Assembly (NCBI RefSeq): GCF_009914755.1
Contig: NC_060926.1
Length of the DNA stretch: 64,000 bases
Reading direction: 5' to 3' (one strand)
From: the human T2T-CHM13v2.0 reference genome, Homo sapiens
Within the stretch, counting starts at the first letter, position 1. Each line of letters opens with the position of its first letter. The notes beneath the pieces are model-generated. The model was not told the origin of the DNA, made no database searches, and worked only from the letters and a program-made list of their open reading frames with translations. Of the stretch, positions 11,014-24,946 are shown piece after piece. The translations under genes and the position numbers were made by a program.

Positions 11014-14000
11014 AGAATCTTCTGTAACATTTATTTAGATTAACTGCATACAACTTTGGAGAATATCCTTTCCCCCACTCCAACCCCATTTATTTAAAAA
11101 CAAACAAACAAACAAAAAAACCTAAGGGTCCTACGACTTTTAATTCTCTAGTGTGCAACACAGCTTTCTCAAATCTTCTATAAGTATACTATGGGTTCAT
11201 CTCAACAGGAGATGGCTAAGGTGAAGAATTGAAACTCTGTGCACCTCTTGTTAAAACATGCTTTCACTTTTTTTGTGTTGCAGTTATGTGCTGTTCTGTT
11301 TCTTTGAGGGGATTAAGTAAACATGAAAAAGAGAAGTTTGCATTACTTATGTTAGTGCCATAAACTTATTTCCAAAAAGTACCCATTTGTTAGAGAATTT
11401 AAAAATACCATACCCTTCTGTGTCCAGACTACAAGGCTGTTAACTCTGGCCTTTGCTTGCACTCTGAGGCCTCCTCCTTCCTGCCTCGATGCCTCCTATC
11501 AAGTGCCTTCTCCAGGGTATAGACTTCTCTGTGATGGGATTGGGGGAAGGGGAGGCTCAGGGGCAGAAGCCCCCTTTGTCTCCTCCGGCAACAGCCCCGA
11601 CAGCCAGCATTAACTGAGGCATCTGGCTATTTAAAACAAGGCAGGGGGATAAAGTGCTGGACTAAAAGCTGCAAAGGATGTCTGGATAATCCAGCTGCAT
11701 GGCTGCGTGCCAACTGCTTCCTATCCATGGTGTATTTACGTTACTCAGGCACTTCACCCCACCCAGCACAGAAATGACAATGAACTCCACTACCAAAAAG
11801 GTATAAAGGAGGAAAACTCTCTTCCCACCTTCCCTCCCCCTCTTTCTGGAAAGAATTAAACAACATCTGTTTAAAACAGATGCAGGGTTTGTTAGTGGTG
11901 GGGGGATGGGGCAGGAAGGGCAAGGGCAGATTAGTTTTAAAAATTTGCACAAGGAAACTGCTGCTGGTATGCCTTAGAAAAAAATGTCAAAACATGCTAT
12001 CTTTGTCAAAAATAACAACATTTTAAAAGAATGCTTCTGAAATTAACAACTGCTGTAATGGTGTGGATCTAGTGAAGCTCCAGCCAAGGGTCCAAACCCC
12101 AACTGAATGGAGCCCGAGTGTCTGAACTTGAGCTGAACAGCCCCAACAATGTTATTACAAATGGTGTTGGACGACCAGCCCTCAATACCATATTCTTTAG
12201 TTGTGTTATGAGCAAAACTGGCTGGACTGAGGATCTCCCATTTAAATGTGGCTTCTTTAAGGAAAAAGCCTTGTGTTCCCAACATGTGGACTTTTTGTAA
12301 AAACAGGGCTTCCTGTCCCGGGATCACGCAATATGCAAAAGAGGCAGGTGACATTGTAAGTCAGGATAGGAAGGCAGAGAAAAAAATCTTTCAAAACTGG
12401 ATTAGCATCTCCACAGGAAAGTTTTAGACCTCAGCCTTTATGTTCTAAGTGTTCTCCAGTTTCAAAGCAGGCCCCGTCTGGGCCACGTTACAGACATAAA
12501 CCAAGGAAGTGTAGGAGATGACGGCGAGGCAGCACTGGGTCTCACAAAGAATGTGTGCTCTAGGGCCAGGCGGCCCTGAAGTCCCCAGCCCTCTCAGGAG
12601 CTGAAGAAACCTCTTTTTAAGCTTCAGTTTCCTCCTTTGCAAAATGAATAGGGGATCTACCCTGCTGGCTGAAAGTAGTGTTACAGGTCGTGTCAGATCC
12701 AGAAGTTTGGTAAGTTGTAACCATCATCATTTTTGCTGAAAGGCTACCTCAGTGACAAAAACAGGTCCTTGAAACACCAGCTTCCCTGGCCACTGAGGAG
12801 TGGGTTTCGACTGCCTGCCCTTTCCAGCTATCAGAGAGTGGAGGGGCAGGGAAGCTGTCAGGCTCTTGACAGTAGGAGGAAATTTGACATGGACCTCCAG
12901 CAATTGTCAAGAGAAGTCAGGTTTATAAAGACCAGGTTTAGTCGTCCACTGCAGGCATACCTGTAGAAGAAAATAATGCTGTCCGCCATCTGTGAACTGG
13001 CCCTCTGCTCCTGCCCCTCCCCATTTCTTTCAGGGATGGAGACTGGGACTTTTACCTCCCCCATAAATACTTCCTACAGCCAGCCCTTATCTGATTACAC
13101 GGCTCCTTTATCTCTCCATTATGCTCAACATTAGATTCACTTCCTCCCAGCCTCTTCTCCACTTCACCAGACCTTGAGAGGGATTAGCCAAGATCCCAGC
13201 CTCTCCAGCCCAACTCCCAGACGCCAGCTGAGCCAAATATAACACCAACTTCTTGCAGGGAGCCAGGCACACTCACTTTATTTTAATCACATCCCCCGCC
13301 CCCGGTCTTCCTTGTGCTTATAGATTTATAAAGGCTCTTTGATTTCATCGAATTATATGTTTAAAATATTATATATGTGTGTATGAAGTATATGTGAATA
13401 TAAAATACATATGACTAGTGATCTTTTTAAAAAGAATCAACAAAATGCTTCAGTAGAATCAAATGTGTTGAGAAGCTGAGGGTACTGGTCATACTTTCTA
13501 TTTGTTAAGTCGGGTGGTGGTTTTGTGGGTGTTCGTCTTAAGTATCAACTACTCAAGAATTTTTTAAAAGCGGACTGCCCTGGTTTTGGAAGTTTATATA
13601 TTCTGAACTTTATGGGCAAGGAAAGTTAACATAACGTAATTTTATGCATGGTGGTAACATGATTTTCTGCTCTGTACAAGCCCCTGAAGGTAGAACACTT
13701 GCTCTACACGCTATAATGTCCCAGAAAATAAGGCCTTTGTGTTAACCACCAAAATATGTACTGTTTGTGTGGTTAGGGTAGGCCATTACAGAAAACAGTG
13801 TTAACGAAAGCTCATAAATGCCCACAGTAGAAAGACTCGATCGCAAAGATGCCAGATCTGGCAGTAGCCAATTCTGGCAAAGGCCATCAGCTCTTCTCTC
13901 AAACATGGATGAGCAGGCACTGTGAGGCAGAGAAGAGATTTTCTGATCATTAAACGTTTGTTTCATAAAGAGAACCAGTTTGCATGATGTAAGATGTACA

Positions 14001-14298
14001 GAAGGTGAAAAGTGGGCTAAGATCACTTAACAACAGGCTTCTCCACAGTTATTTAACATCAGTGAAATCAGCCAACAAATACACTCAATGGAGAGTACTA
14101 GTAAAAGAACCCGTGTACTTAAACAGGGACTAACACTTTCCTGTGAGCTCACAGTGCCAGGGCACTATGCTCTATGTTTATCAAGAGGAGAAAACAGGCT
14201 CTTCCGTCCAGTCTTCACTGTGTCCCTGCTTTTCTGAGGTGCTGTAGCTAATCTTGCTCGTGCAGAGTAACCCCTACCCTTAGAGGACTACAACATAG

Positions 14299-14725
<427 letters not shown>

Positions 14726-14921
14726 TAGGAGGTGGCGGTGGTAGTCTTTGCTTTACAATGACTGGGGATATGACCTTCATCCAGGAACCAATTAAGCTAA
14801 AAGCCAGGGGTCCTGCTTATGTGCAGGAGCCTCAGAGGGGGTATAAATAGGTTTTCCTTCACTCTGTTGGGCTCAGAATCTATGAGTAAAGCCAGTAAGT
14901 ACTGCTGTCCTGCAAGGTCAC

Positions 14922-14939
14922 TAGCGCCCTCTGTGTCCA
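14922..14939 (-). promoter_or_regulatory. Candidate CTCF motif
   Basis: Minus strand TGGACACAGAGGGCGCTA matches the 3' core CAG(A/G)GGGCGCTA of the CTCF consensus; the 5' part mismatches; the CpG is retained. Confidence 0.4.
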
Positions 14940-17118
14940 AGTTCTACCCTCTCCCAAAGAGGGAGGTAAGGGGCATGTCCCTCCTCATGCCTTGGATAAG
15001 CCGAGCATCTTTGTTGTTCATGCTACCTAGCTACACTGAAGCATATAAATAAACCTCTCACCCACACACTATTTTCCAGTGCACATATTAAAAGAGGCCG
15101 TTTCCTCCATTATCATGGAAGACACTGGTCAGCATATAAATGATTATTAAACTTAATAATTTATCAATCATTCTTCAGAACCAGTATTAACAAGTCAAAG
15201 TTTGCTAGACTTGGACCTCTAGTATTTTAGTTTTCCTATTGAAATTTTAATACAGAAATACTCCTTTAAAAATAAGCTGTGAATCCCTATTTTTATAAGT
15301 GAGCAATTTTGGTTCGAAATATATGCCCATACCTTGTTTAACATACAGTGCTGATTTAGCATTCTATGTGCCTCTATACTTTCCTTTAAACCTCAGTTTA
15401 AAGGAAAATATTATAGATTTAATATTTAGATAATATAGATTTAACTTATCACTGATGTTAAATCCTAATTTAAATATAAATATTTCCCCATCGCTGAGTG
15501 CTACCTTACACCTCCAGGTCACTAGAGCCAGAGCAGCATGTATACTGCACATTCTGGCACATTATCTTGCACCTGCCTTGCAGACATCCTTGGGAGTGGA
15601 ATGGATGCTCTGCCCAGCTGTCCTTAGTCAAGGGTACAAGGCAGTGTGCCATGCACCAGTCTGGCCTCCTTTCTTTCCTGCTGTGTCCTGTGACCCACAA
15701 GGGCCAAAAAAAAGGAAATGAAGCAAAGACACAAAGGAACAAAGATCAGAGCTGGAAGTTAAACACGTAAGCTTTACAGAGGCTTAGGAGCCTTTGAGGA
15801 AGTAGTTGGGAAAATACCGGCAGGCAATTAGGGATCCTCTGACATCCCCCGAGCCTGGGAGCCCTGAGTGACAGTTCTGGTAAGCTTGAAAAACCTACTG
15901 TGGCAGATGGAAGTTGGAGCTTCTAGTGCCCCCATCATCTTCTCAGAGAAAGCCCCAATTTTAGCGGCAAATCTATATGGACTGTAAATAGAAGGTGGTG
16001 ATACCCACGGCATTAGCAATGCCCAGGCACACTGGAAGTTACCTCATAAAATGCTGGTTTTCTGGTTTCCATTTCAGCAAGGTTGACAAAGTTACATTAG
16101 ACTCACTGCATTGTACTGTGTTTAAACGCAATTTTAAATTTCACCTCTAAGTGTTTATCTCCTGTAGCTTGAACACGTATAAATCCTGCACAGGAAAAGA
16201 GTGATTTGGCTAGATTCTATCTACAGTGCTCTCATGAAAAAAAAAAAAATCTTAATAGAAACTTTTTGATTTTATCAATACTTATTTAATCTATCAAAAA
16301 TGTCTTAAGGATACCACTATATTTGTTGGTTTTTTTTTTTAAATCTTTTCAGCATTTTAATTCAGTACTCAAATTTATAAACCACAAGAATACTAAATAT
16401 ATACAAGATGACAGACCACGTGTAATTGGGACACAATAAAGGTTAAGGTTGTTCAACCTAAAACCCTAACATGGGGCAGTTTTAAACATGGGCAACGAAG
16501 TGTTCGCTGAAGTAAATCTTAGCTTCAGCACACAGGCAGCCAATTTTAGAAGTAATGTCTAAGACAGATTTTTAAAAAATGGCTCCTGGGCAATTTTCTC
16601 TTGTCAATATGTTCTTCTTGTGCAAGTACCTCTTGAGGTGAGTAATGCACCTGGCCCAGGAGAAGGAAAGCCCAGCAGAGGGCTGAGGTCAGGCCTGGGG
16701 GGACTGGCAGGACAGGCATGGTAGTTTAGTAATTAGATTATAATCAGCGAAGAATGGAACAACTTTTTCTTGAAGTTTGAAAACTCTTTGCTCTAATCCT
16801 TACTAATAGCAGAAATCCTAATTTTCTCATCCTGGGGGACCAGGGAACTGGAGACTCCTGGGCATATGCCTCTTAAATCCTTGGTGGGTTTCCTAGTCAA
16901 CCAGTTAGGGGCCTCTGTATCAGTCACGTATCTGTGCAGCAGATAAATCACCTTAAAGAAGGCTCTACAATTAATTTAGGAAATTATGGGAAGATTTTAC
17001 TGTGAAAGATTGTTGACATTCAAGGCATGTGTCAGAGGTAGTTCTGAGTTTTTTTCAAAAACCACGAAAACACGAATGGCTCTGACATGAGTAAACTACT
17101 TTAAAAAATAAAATTTAT

Positions 17119-17348
17119 GGCCAAGTGTGGTTGCTCATGTTTGTAATCCTAGCACTTTGGGGGGACGAGGCAGGTGGATCACCCAAGGTCAGGAGTTTGA
17201 GACTAGCCTGGCTAACATGGAGAAAGCTCGTCTCCATCAAAAATACAAAAAAGTAGCCGGGCATGGTGGTGGACACCTGTAAACCCAGCTACTCAGGAGG
17301 CTGAGGTTCAAGAATCGCTTGAACCTAGGGGGCAGAGGTTGCAGTGAG
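17119..17348 (+). mobile_element. AluS, 3'-truncated
   Basis: Ends abruptly at ggttgcagtgag with no tail. Confidence 0.9.
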
Positions 17349-17879
17349 GGAGTACTGGGAGTTGAGAGGCCAAAGTCTGAATCTAGGTTTATGATTTTGC
17401 TTTTATTGTCTGTCTGCTTTACTGAGTTGAGCCTGAACTTCTGGAGTTCATAATTAATCAAGATCAAAAGATTACCATCTTAAAGCAAACAAAATAACCC
17501 ATCCCGAAGAAACGTTTCTTCTACTTTTTATTCCAGAAGCAGTAATTTTCTGACTTTCCCTCTGTTTTACACACCCTTCCAAAAATGGTATTTGTGATCC
17601 ACATTTAAACCCCAAAGGCCAGCTAATGGAAATGTCAGATTACTAAACAAAATTAACTCTCACCACATTAAAGTGTACATGTAATAGAAAAATTGGTACT
17701 TCAAAAAACAAATGGCAAAGAGGAGTTGTTTAAAGTTAATAATCTCCAATTTAGGGCTTTAAATTGCAGCCCTTGAACTCCTATGCCTGACTTTCTCAGA
17801 ATATTTTTGCTTTCTTTCACATTATTGGAGAAAACAAAGGAAGGGAGTATGTAATAACCCACCCGTTGAAATGTCTAGG

Positions 17880-18080
17880 AAGAAATGCCATGATATTTGC
17901 AACCTACTTTGAAATGCATTTAAAAAAACATGGAATCATGGATGGAGATAGATGGATAGATATGTGTATGATAAAACAATAATAGCAAAATGCTAATTGC
18001 AGACTTGAGGTGGTAGGCATATGGATGTTGAGCATACACTTCTTTCAACTTTTCTGAACACCTGAAAATCATAAATATTG
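17880..18080 (+). mobile_element. L1ME-like 3' fragment
   Basis: tgatatttgcaacctactttgaaatg...agcaaaatgctaattgcagacttgaggtggtaggcatatggatgtt...ttctttcaacttttctg. Confidence 0.6.
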
Positions 18081-18220
18081 GGAGAGTGAGAGATTTGTAG
18101 TGTTATGGTTGATTTCTAAATGGAAATCAACACTAAATCTACAAGATGCTGATAATGGTACTAAACAGAATCTGATTACTTTTCTTTCTGCTATTTAGAG
18201 TGCAGTTCCCCAGTTCCCTC

Positions 18221-18252
<32 letters not shown>

Positions 18253-18393
18253 ACCTGCTATCTACCACCTGCCCTCTACCCCAAAGAAAACCTAATAAGA
18301 AGGTCAGGAAATGACTCTACCAAACTATGTTAATACCAAATTCTAAACCTACAAAATCCTTTACAAGCCAGCCCTTAATAAGACCTGTTCTCT

Positions 18394-18700
18394 GGCCGGG
18401 CGCGGTGGTTCATGCCTGTTATCCCAGCATTTTGGGAGGTTGAAGTGGGCAGATCACCTGAGGTCAGGAGTTCCAGACCAACCTGGCCAACATGGTGAAA
18501 CCCCGTCTCTACTAAAAAAATACAAAAATTAGCTGGGTGTGATGGCGGGCACCTGTAATCCCAGCTACTTGGGAGGCTGAGGCAGGAGAATCGCTTGAAC
18601 CCGAGAAGCGGAGTTAGAAGTGAGCTAAGATCACGCTACTGCACTCCAGCCTGGGCAACAGAATGAGTCTCTGTCTCAAAACACAAAACAAAACAAAAAA
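18394..18700 (+). mobile_element. AluS
   Basis: Dimer with (A4C)n tail; acctg(t/c)tctc on both flanks. Confidence 0.95.
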
Positions 18701-19500
18701 CCTGCTCTCAAACAAAAGAAGGTGATAATTTAACCTATAGAGGAGGGAGGAAAATCAGCAGATCATGCTAGCAATAAGCTGACAGGATTTTTAAGAGCCT
18801 GTTTATATTCCCACAGGTCCACTAGAAATGGATGCCCTCTCAGATGGCAAGAATTACTAATGCATTTAGTTCCTTTTTTTCTAGGATTCTGCCACCTCCC
18901 TCATTAGAGATGGAGAGCTAAACACACAGATAAACAAACAACACACAGTCAAGGCACCTGTTCTCCCTGAAGCATGCTGGACGGCTTCACTTCCCTCCTG
19001 GAGAGTGGTATAGAGGTCAGCCCGAAGGCAGAGTTCAGGTCTTCACATTAGTTCCACCTCTTAAGCTATTCATACAAAGAACTGTGGAAACCGTCTATGC
19101 TAGACTCCTCTCTCACGTGGAAAAATTAAAATCCAGACTGCAGAAGGGACTTGTTCAAGGTCACTGACATTAGGGACAGATAAAGGACTAAGATCAGTCT
19201 CTGTGACAACCCCCGATCACACTTTTGAAAGGACCTCGTGTGGTGGCAGAAGTGCGCATATTCAAGTTAGGTGCTCTGGAGGATAAGTTATTCCTTATCT
19301 TGGTCCCTTGAAATTTACTGGATAGGCAACTGATTGTGAAAGGAATTCTAAGGAGAAATGAAGAGGTAACACTGGCAACACAGCTACATGAAAAAATCAC
19401 AGAGCTAGAGGGTGATCCTACTCATCCTGCTGAAGTTTCACACCAATAGAGGTAATTCCTTTTTGGATCTGTTGTAATGAGTGCCGTAAGTCAGGACAGG

Positions 19501-19516
19501 TGACCTAACCTGACCT
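19501..19516 (-). promoter_or_regulatory. Perfect DR4 nuclear-receptor element (AGGTCA-ggtt-AGGTCA)
   Basis: Plus strand TGACCTaaccTGACCT, formed by a tandem 10-mer (tgacctaacc)x2. Motif match only. Confidence 0.35.
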
Positions 19517-21331
19517 AACCTCCATTACACATCTTCTCACAACCGGGTGAGGCACCCCAAACTCTTATTACTGAGCTTCAGTTTCCTTATGTGTAAAATG
19601 AGGGGTAGAGACCACAAATGACTTTTGAGACCCTTTCAACTTTGATCCCTTTTCATGCTTTGTGTTTTAAAAAAATGGCCTTAAAGTCCTGTAGTTGTGG
19701 CAGAGGGCTTAGCAAACTTAAGCCACTAAAATACCCTACAAAAGCAGATCAGAAAACTTTCAGCAGTAAAATGCAACTGAGAGTATACTTTGAGTAGAGA
19801 AAAAACTTGAAACCACAAAGACCTGAAACCATGACAGACTAACAGATATGTTCTCTCAGTGCCAGTGTTATGACACAATTATGAAGTTTCCAGGAGTGAA
19901 ACTGGTTTATCCAAGTATTTTGAAAAAGCAAGAAAATGATGAAAATTGAGTTTTAATAAGTTTAATAAGATCCTCTGGGGGAAAATAAAAGGTACAACCT
20001 GGTCATCTAGCTGGGTTTACGCATCCACAAATGTGAGATTCTCTTTAGCCACATGGAAGAAAAACCCCATGACATATTTATGGAACAAATGCAGGCCAAG
20101 AAGAGAAGAGAGATCTACCCTTTTTCTCCCAAACAGTTGATTCTATCTGCCTTATCAGTTGACTCAACATGAACTCCCCAGCCCCAATCTTTACTACATT
20201 CAGAGTGAAAAGGAGAAAATGTTAGGAAAAGGTAACAAAGCAATTATTTAGCTTAAAAATAGGGAAAGACATTTCTTATAGACCTCTGCTAAAGCAGCTC
20301 AGTGCACATCAAGTTGCAACTTAGGTTTAAGTTGCTTCAATGTGACAAATAATTTCTGGTCCAAACGTAAGTCAGTTGTTTGAAATTGGAATGTATCTTC
20401 CCTACAGAAAAAACATAAAATGGTGGGCAACTGGGTTCCCAATCCAGCCCACGAAAGCCCAATCAACGTGGAAAAATATTCCCAAATGTTTCAACTGCTT
20501 ACTGACAGTCTCCTTGACAAGAAGCCTCTTTCCCCACTGCCAGAAAGGCCAGTTCCTCTCAGCTCTTGCTGGGTTTTGGCCAAGGGCTTTCCTATCTGGG
20601 GGTGGGGTGAGGGAGAAAAGGTAAGGAGGAGGAATTCTTCTTAAACTTCTGATTTAGGCTTCATTTTGGGGATCCTCAGAATGTGGCACCACTGAATCTT
20701 GAATGGCTCTAAAAGGATCCGTACTGATGTTATTTTACAAATCCCAACTTAAGTGTTACTGGGGAAATTCTTTCCTTTTAGGGTCACAATGACTGTTGGT
20801 GAGCAATTAAGTCAAGTGTCAGGCTCATAGGATATAGTCATGATGCAATGGATTCTTGACTAGTTGACTACACAGAGGGACAGGATTTGTCCTACAAGCG
20901 CAATTTCCTTCCGAGTTATAACAAGACAGAGCCATCCACTCAGTACACATATTTCCCATGTTACTTTCCTGACATAAAAGAACTAGGCAGCAAGGATAAT
21001 GTAAAGGCCAACTAGCTACCAAGCTTCCTCAGTTTTAACACGTTAGTCTTAAAATATTTTTTCATTTATAAGGGAGTAGTGTAGTTTGAAGTACTTGATT
21101 CAGAAAGAACTCCAGGAAATACTAGAGCTATCTCCACCTCCCAAAGCCAACTAGCTTGTGGAGGCACTAGAAGGCATTTTTTTTCAAGACTCATGATTTT
21201 CACAGATAACTGAAACCCTGCGTGGCTAAGCTGCTGAAGTTGGGCTTTCCTGGCCATCACCAACATGTTTGCAGCAGGGAGCCCAACCAAGCTTTAAGTC
21301 ATGCAGTCTGTGGTGGTTAAAGACCACTGCT

Positions 21332-21840
<509 letters not shown>

Positions 21841-22137
21841 CTACTGCCAACTTCTTCCACCAGAGAGCTTTACTGACAGGTGGAAGGGCCCTCGACTTAA
21901 TGTTGGTCAAAAGGAACAACTCTCTGCTCATTTCACTCACTGGTGTGCTTCAGCCACTTCTCAGGACTAACTTCACACAGTTTCATTCTCCAGGAAAGTC
22001 ACAGTCACTGAAAGCATCCTGGATATGCCATCCCCTGAAAACTGCCGCACACCCAGCAGTGAGTTGCTGGCATATATGGAAGCTCTTGTGTTAACTTTTT
22101 CTTGTGTGTTCGCATATAGCGAATTAACCTTAACACC

Positions 22138-22530
22138 TGTGGTCCATACATACAATGGAATTATTCCGCCTTAACAAAGAAGGAAACATTGTCATATGCT
22201 ATAACATGGATGAATCTTGAGGATATTGTGCTAAGTGAAACGTCAGTCACAAAAAGAAATACTGCATGATTTGTTCCGCTTACACCAGCTATCTAAATGT
22301 GACTAGTCAAAGTCCTAGAAACAAAAAGGAGAACAGTGGTTGCCAGAGGCGGGGGGCTGGGGAGGGGAGTGAGTTGTTTAATTGGGAAAGAGTTTCAGTT
22401 TTGGATGATGAAAACGTTCTAGAGATCTATTATACAAACTTGGATATAGTTAACACTACTGTACTGTTCACTTACAAATGGTTAAGATGATATACGCTAT
22501 GTTATGTGTTTTTTACCACAATAAAAAAAG
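22138..22530 (+). mobile_element. L1MB-type 3' end
   Basis: tgtggtccatacatacaatggaatta...catggatgaatcttgaggatattgtgctaagtgaaa...ttttaccacaataaaaaa. Confidence 0.85.
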
Positions 22531-22639
22531 ATAAACTGTGAAACAAAGAGAGGCTACTTGAAATAGGTAAAGAACCCCAAATTTAGAAATGTTGGGTTTA
22601 GCTTAGGAGCATTTCTGCAGTCCTTAAGAAGTAAACATT

Positions 22640-22755
22640 CACTTTGGGAGGCCAAAGCAGGAGGATTGCTTAAGCCCAGGAGTTTGAGACCAGCCTGTGC
22701 AACAATGTGGGACCTCATCTCTATTTTTATTAAAAAATTCTTTTAAAAGAAAAAA
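22640..22755 (+). mobile_element. 5'-truncated Alu monomer (FLAM/AluJ left arm)
   Basis: cactttgggaggccaaagcaggaggattgcttaagcccaggagtttgagaccagcctg. Confidence 0.8.
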
Positions 22756-23821
22756 GGAGTAAACATTAACACTATTTAAAAAGTTAACTTTCCCCTAATT
22801 ACAAAAGTAACATATGTCCCCATTATGCAAACTACATACATCACAACCCTCCCTTAAAAAGCATTCTTCTATACTATGAGGAGCAATTAATAAATATGCA
22901 AGACCTTCTCAAGAAAACTATAAAAGGAAGATCTTATGCTTCAAATATAAGTGTAAATGTTGGCTTTGCTTTGTTCCTTGGGGTACCAGGTGAATCATAT
23001 ATAAGAAAAACACAAACATTTCCTTTGGTACTGGTTTTACTGAGACAAAAATGGCTTTTCTTACAAAATCATTTCAAAGAAGAACAGAAGAAAGTTAAAC
23101 AAAATAGATTTTCCCTGAATTGTTAGCTCTGACAAATTCCTCTAATCCTTAGGCAGTTCTACTTTAATAGAAAGAACACTTACAATGTCTACAACACCAG
23201 CAACAGAATACACCAAAATATTTTTCATGATTAGTCCCTTTTCATCTCTTGTATTCTAACCTCAGTTGTAAAGATTAAACACACAGATTATTAAACACAC
23301 ACACATAATCACAAGAATTTCCTGACAGTTCCATTTCTTCTACATGGGGGTTAAGCGATGTTTTTTAATATTACTCAAAGCAGGGAAAAAGGGGCTGTTT
23401 TATTTTTCTTTGGAACAGGTTCCAGCCAGATTTTGCACATTGCAGTTCTCTGGCGACGTGATGAGAACACATGCCCACCCACAGACACTAATTTTGCTCT
23501 TCACCCCTCCCAAGCAGCCTTTATGACACATGCTGTCTGTGCTTCATTTAATGGAATTCAAGAGGCCCAGTCAAACAGCAGAGCCCCACAGGGCCAGGGC
23601 AACAACAGGCAACCCATCTCCTCCACTGGATGGGTACAGGGAACATGTGTTTAAAAGAAAACAACAACAACAAAAAAAGCCAAATCTAGCTTGGACATCT
23701 CCAATCTGAAGAATCTTTACAAATGAATGAATGAAGTCATCTCTTCGATTGAAATCAAGAAAGAGATAGTAATCTTGCTGTAGTTCTTATACACTGAACT
23801 CTATGAAGATGATGCAGCTAA

Positions 23822-24252
<431 letters not shown>

Positions 24253-24297
24253 GTCACCTGTTATGAAGAAACCTTGGCAAATAAGAATCCAACTGGG

Positions 24298-24575
<278 letters not shown>

Positions 24576-24576
24576 C

Positions 24577-24946
<370 letters not shown>

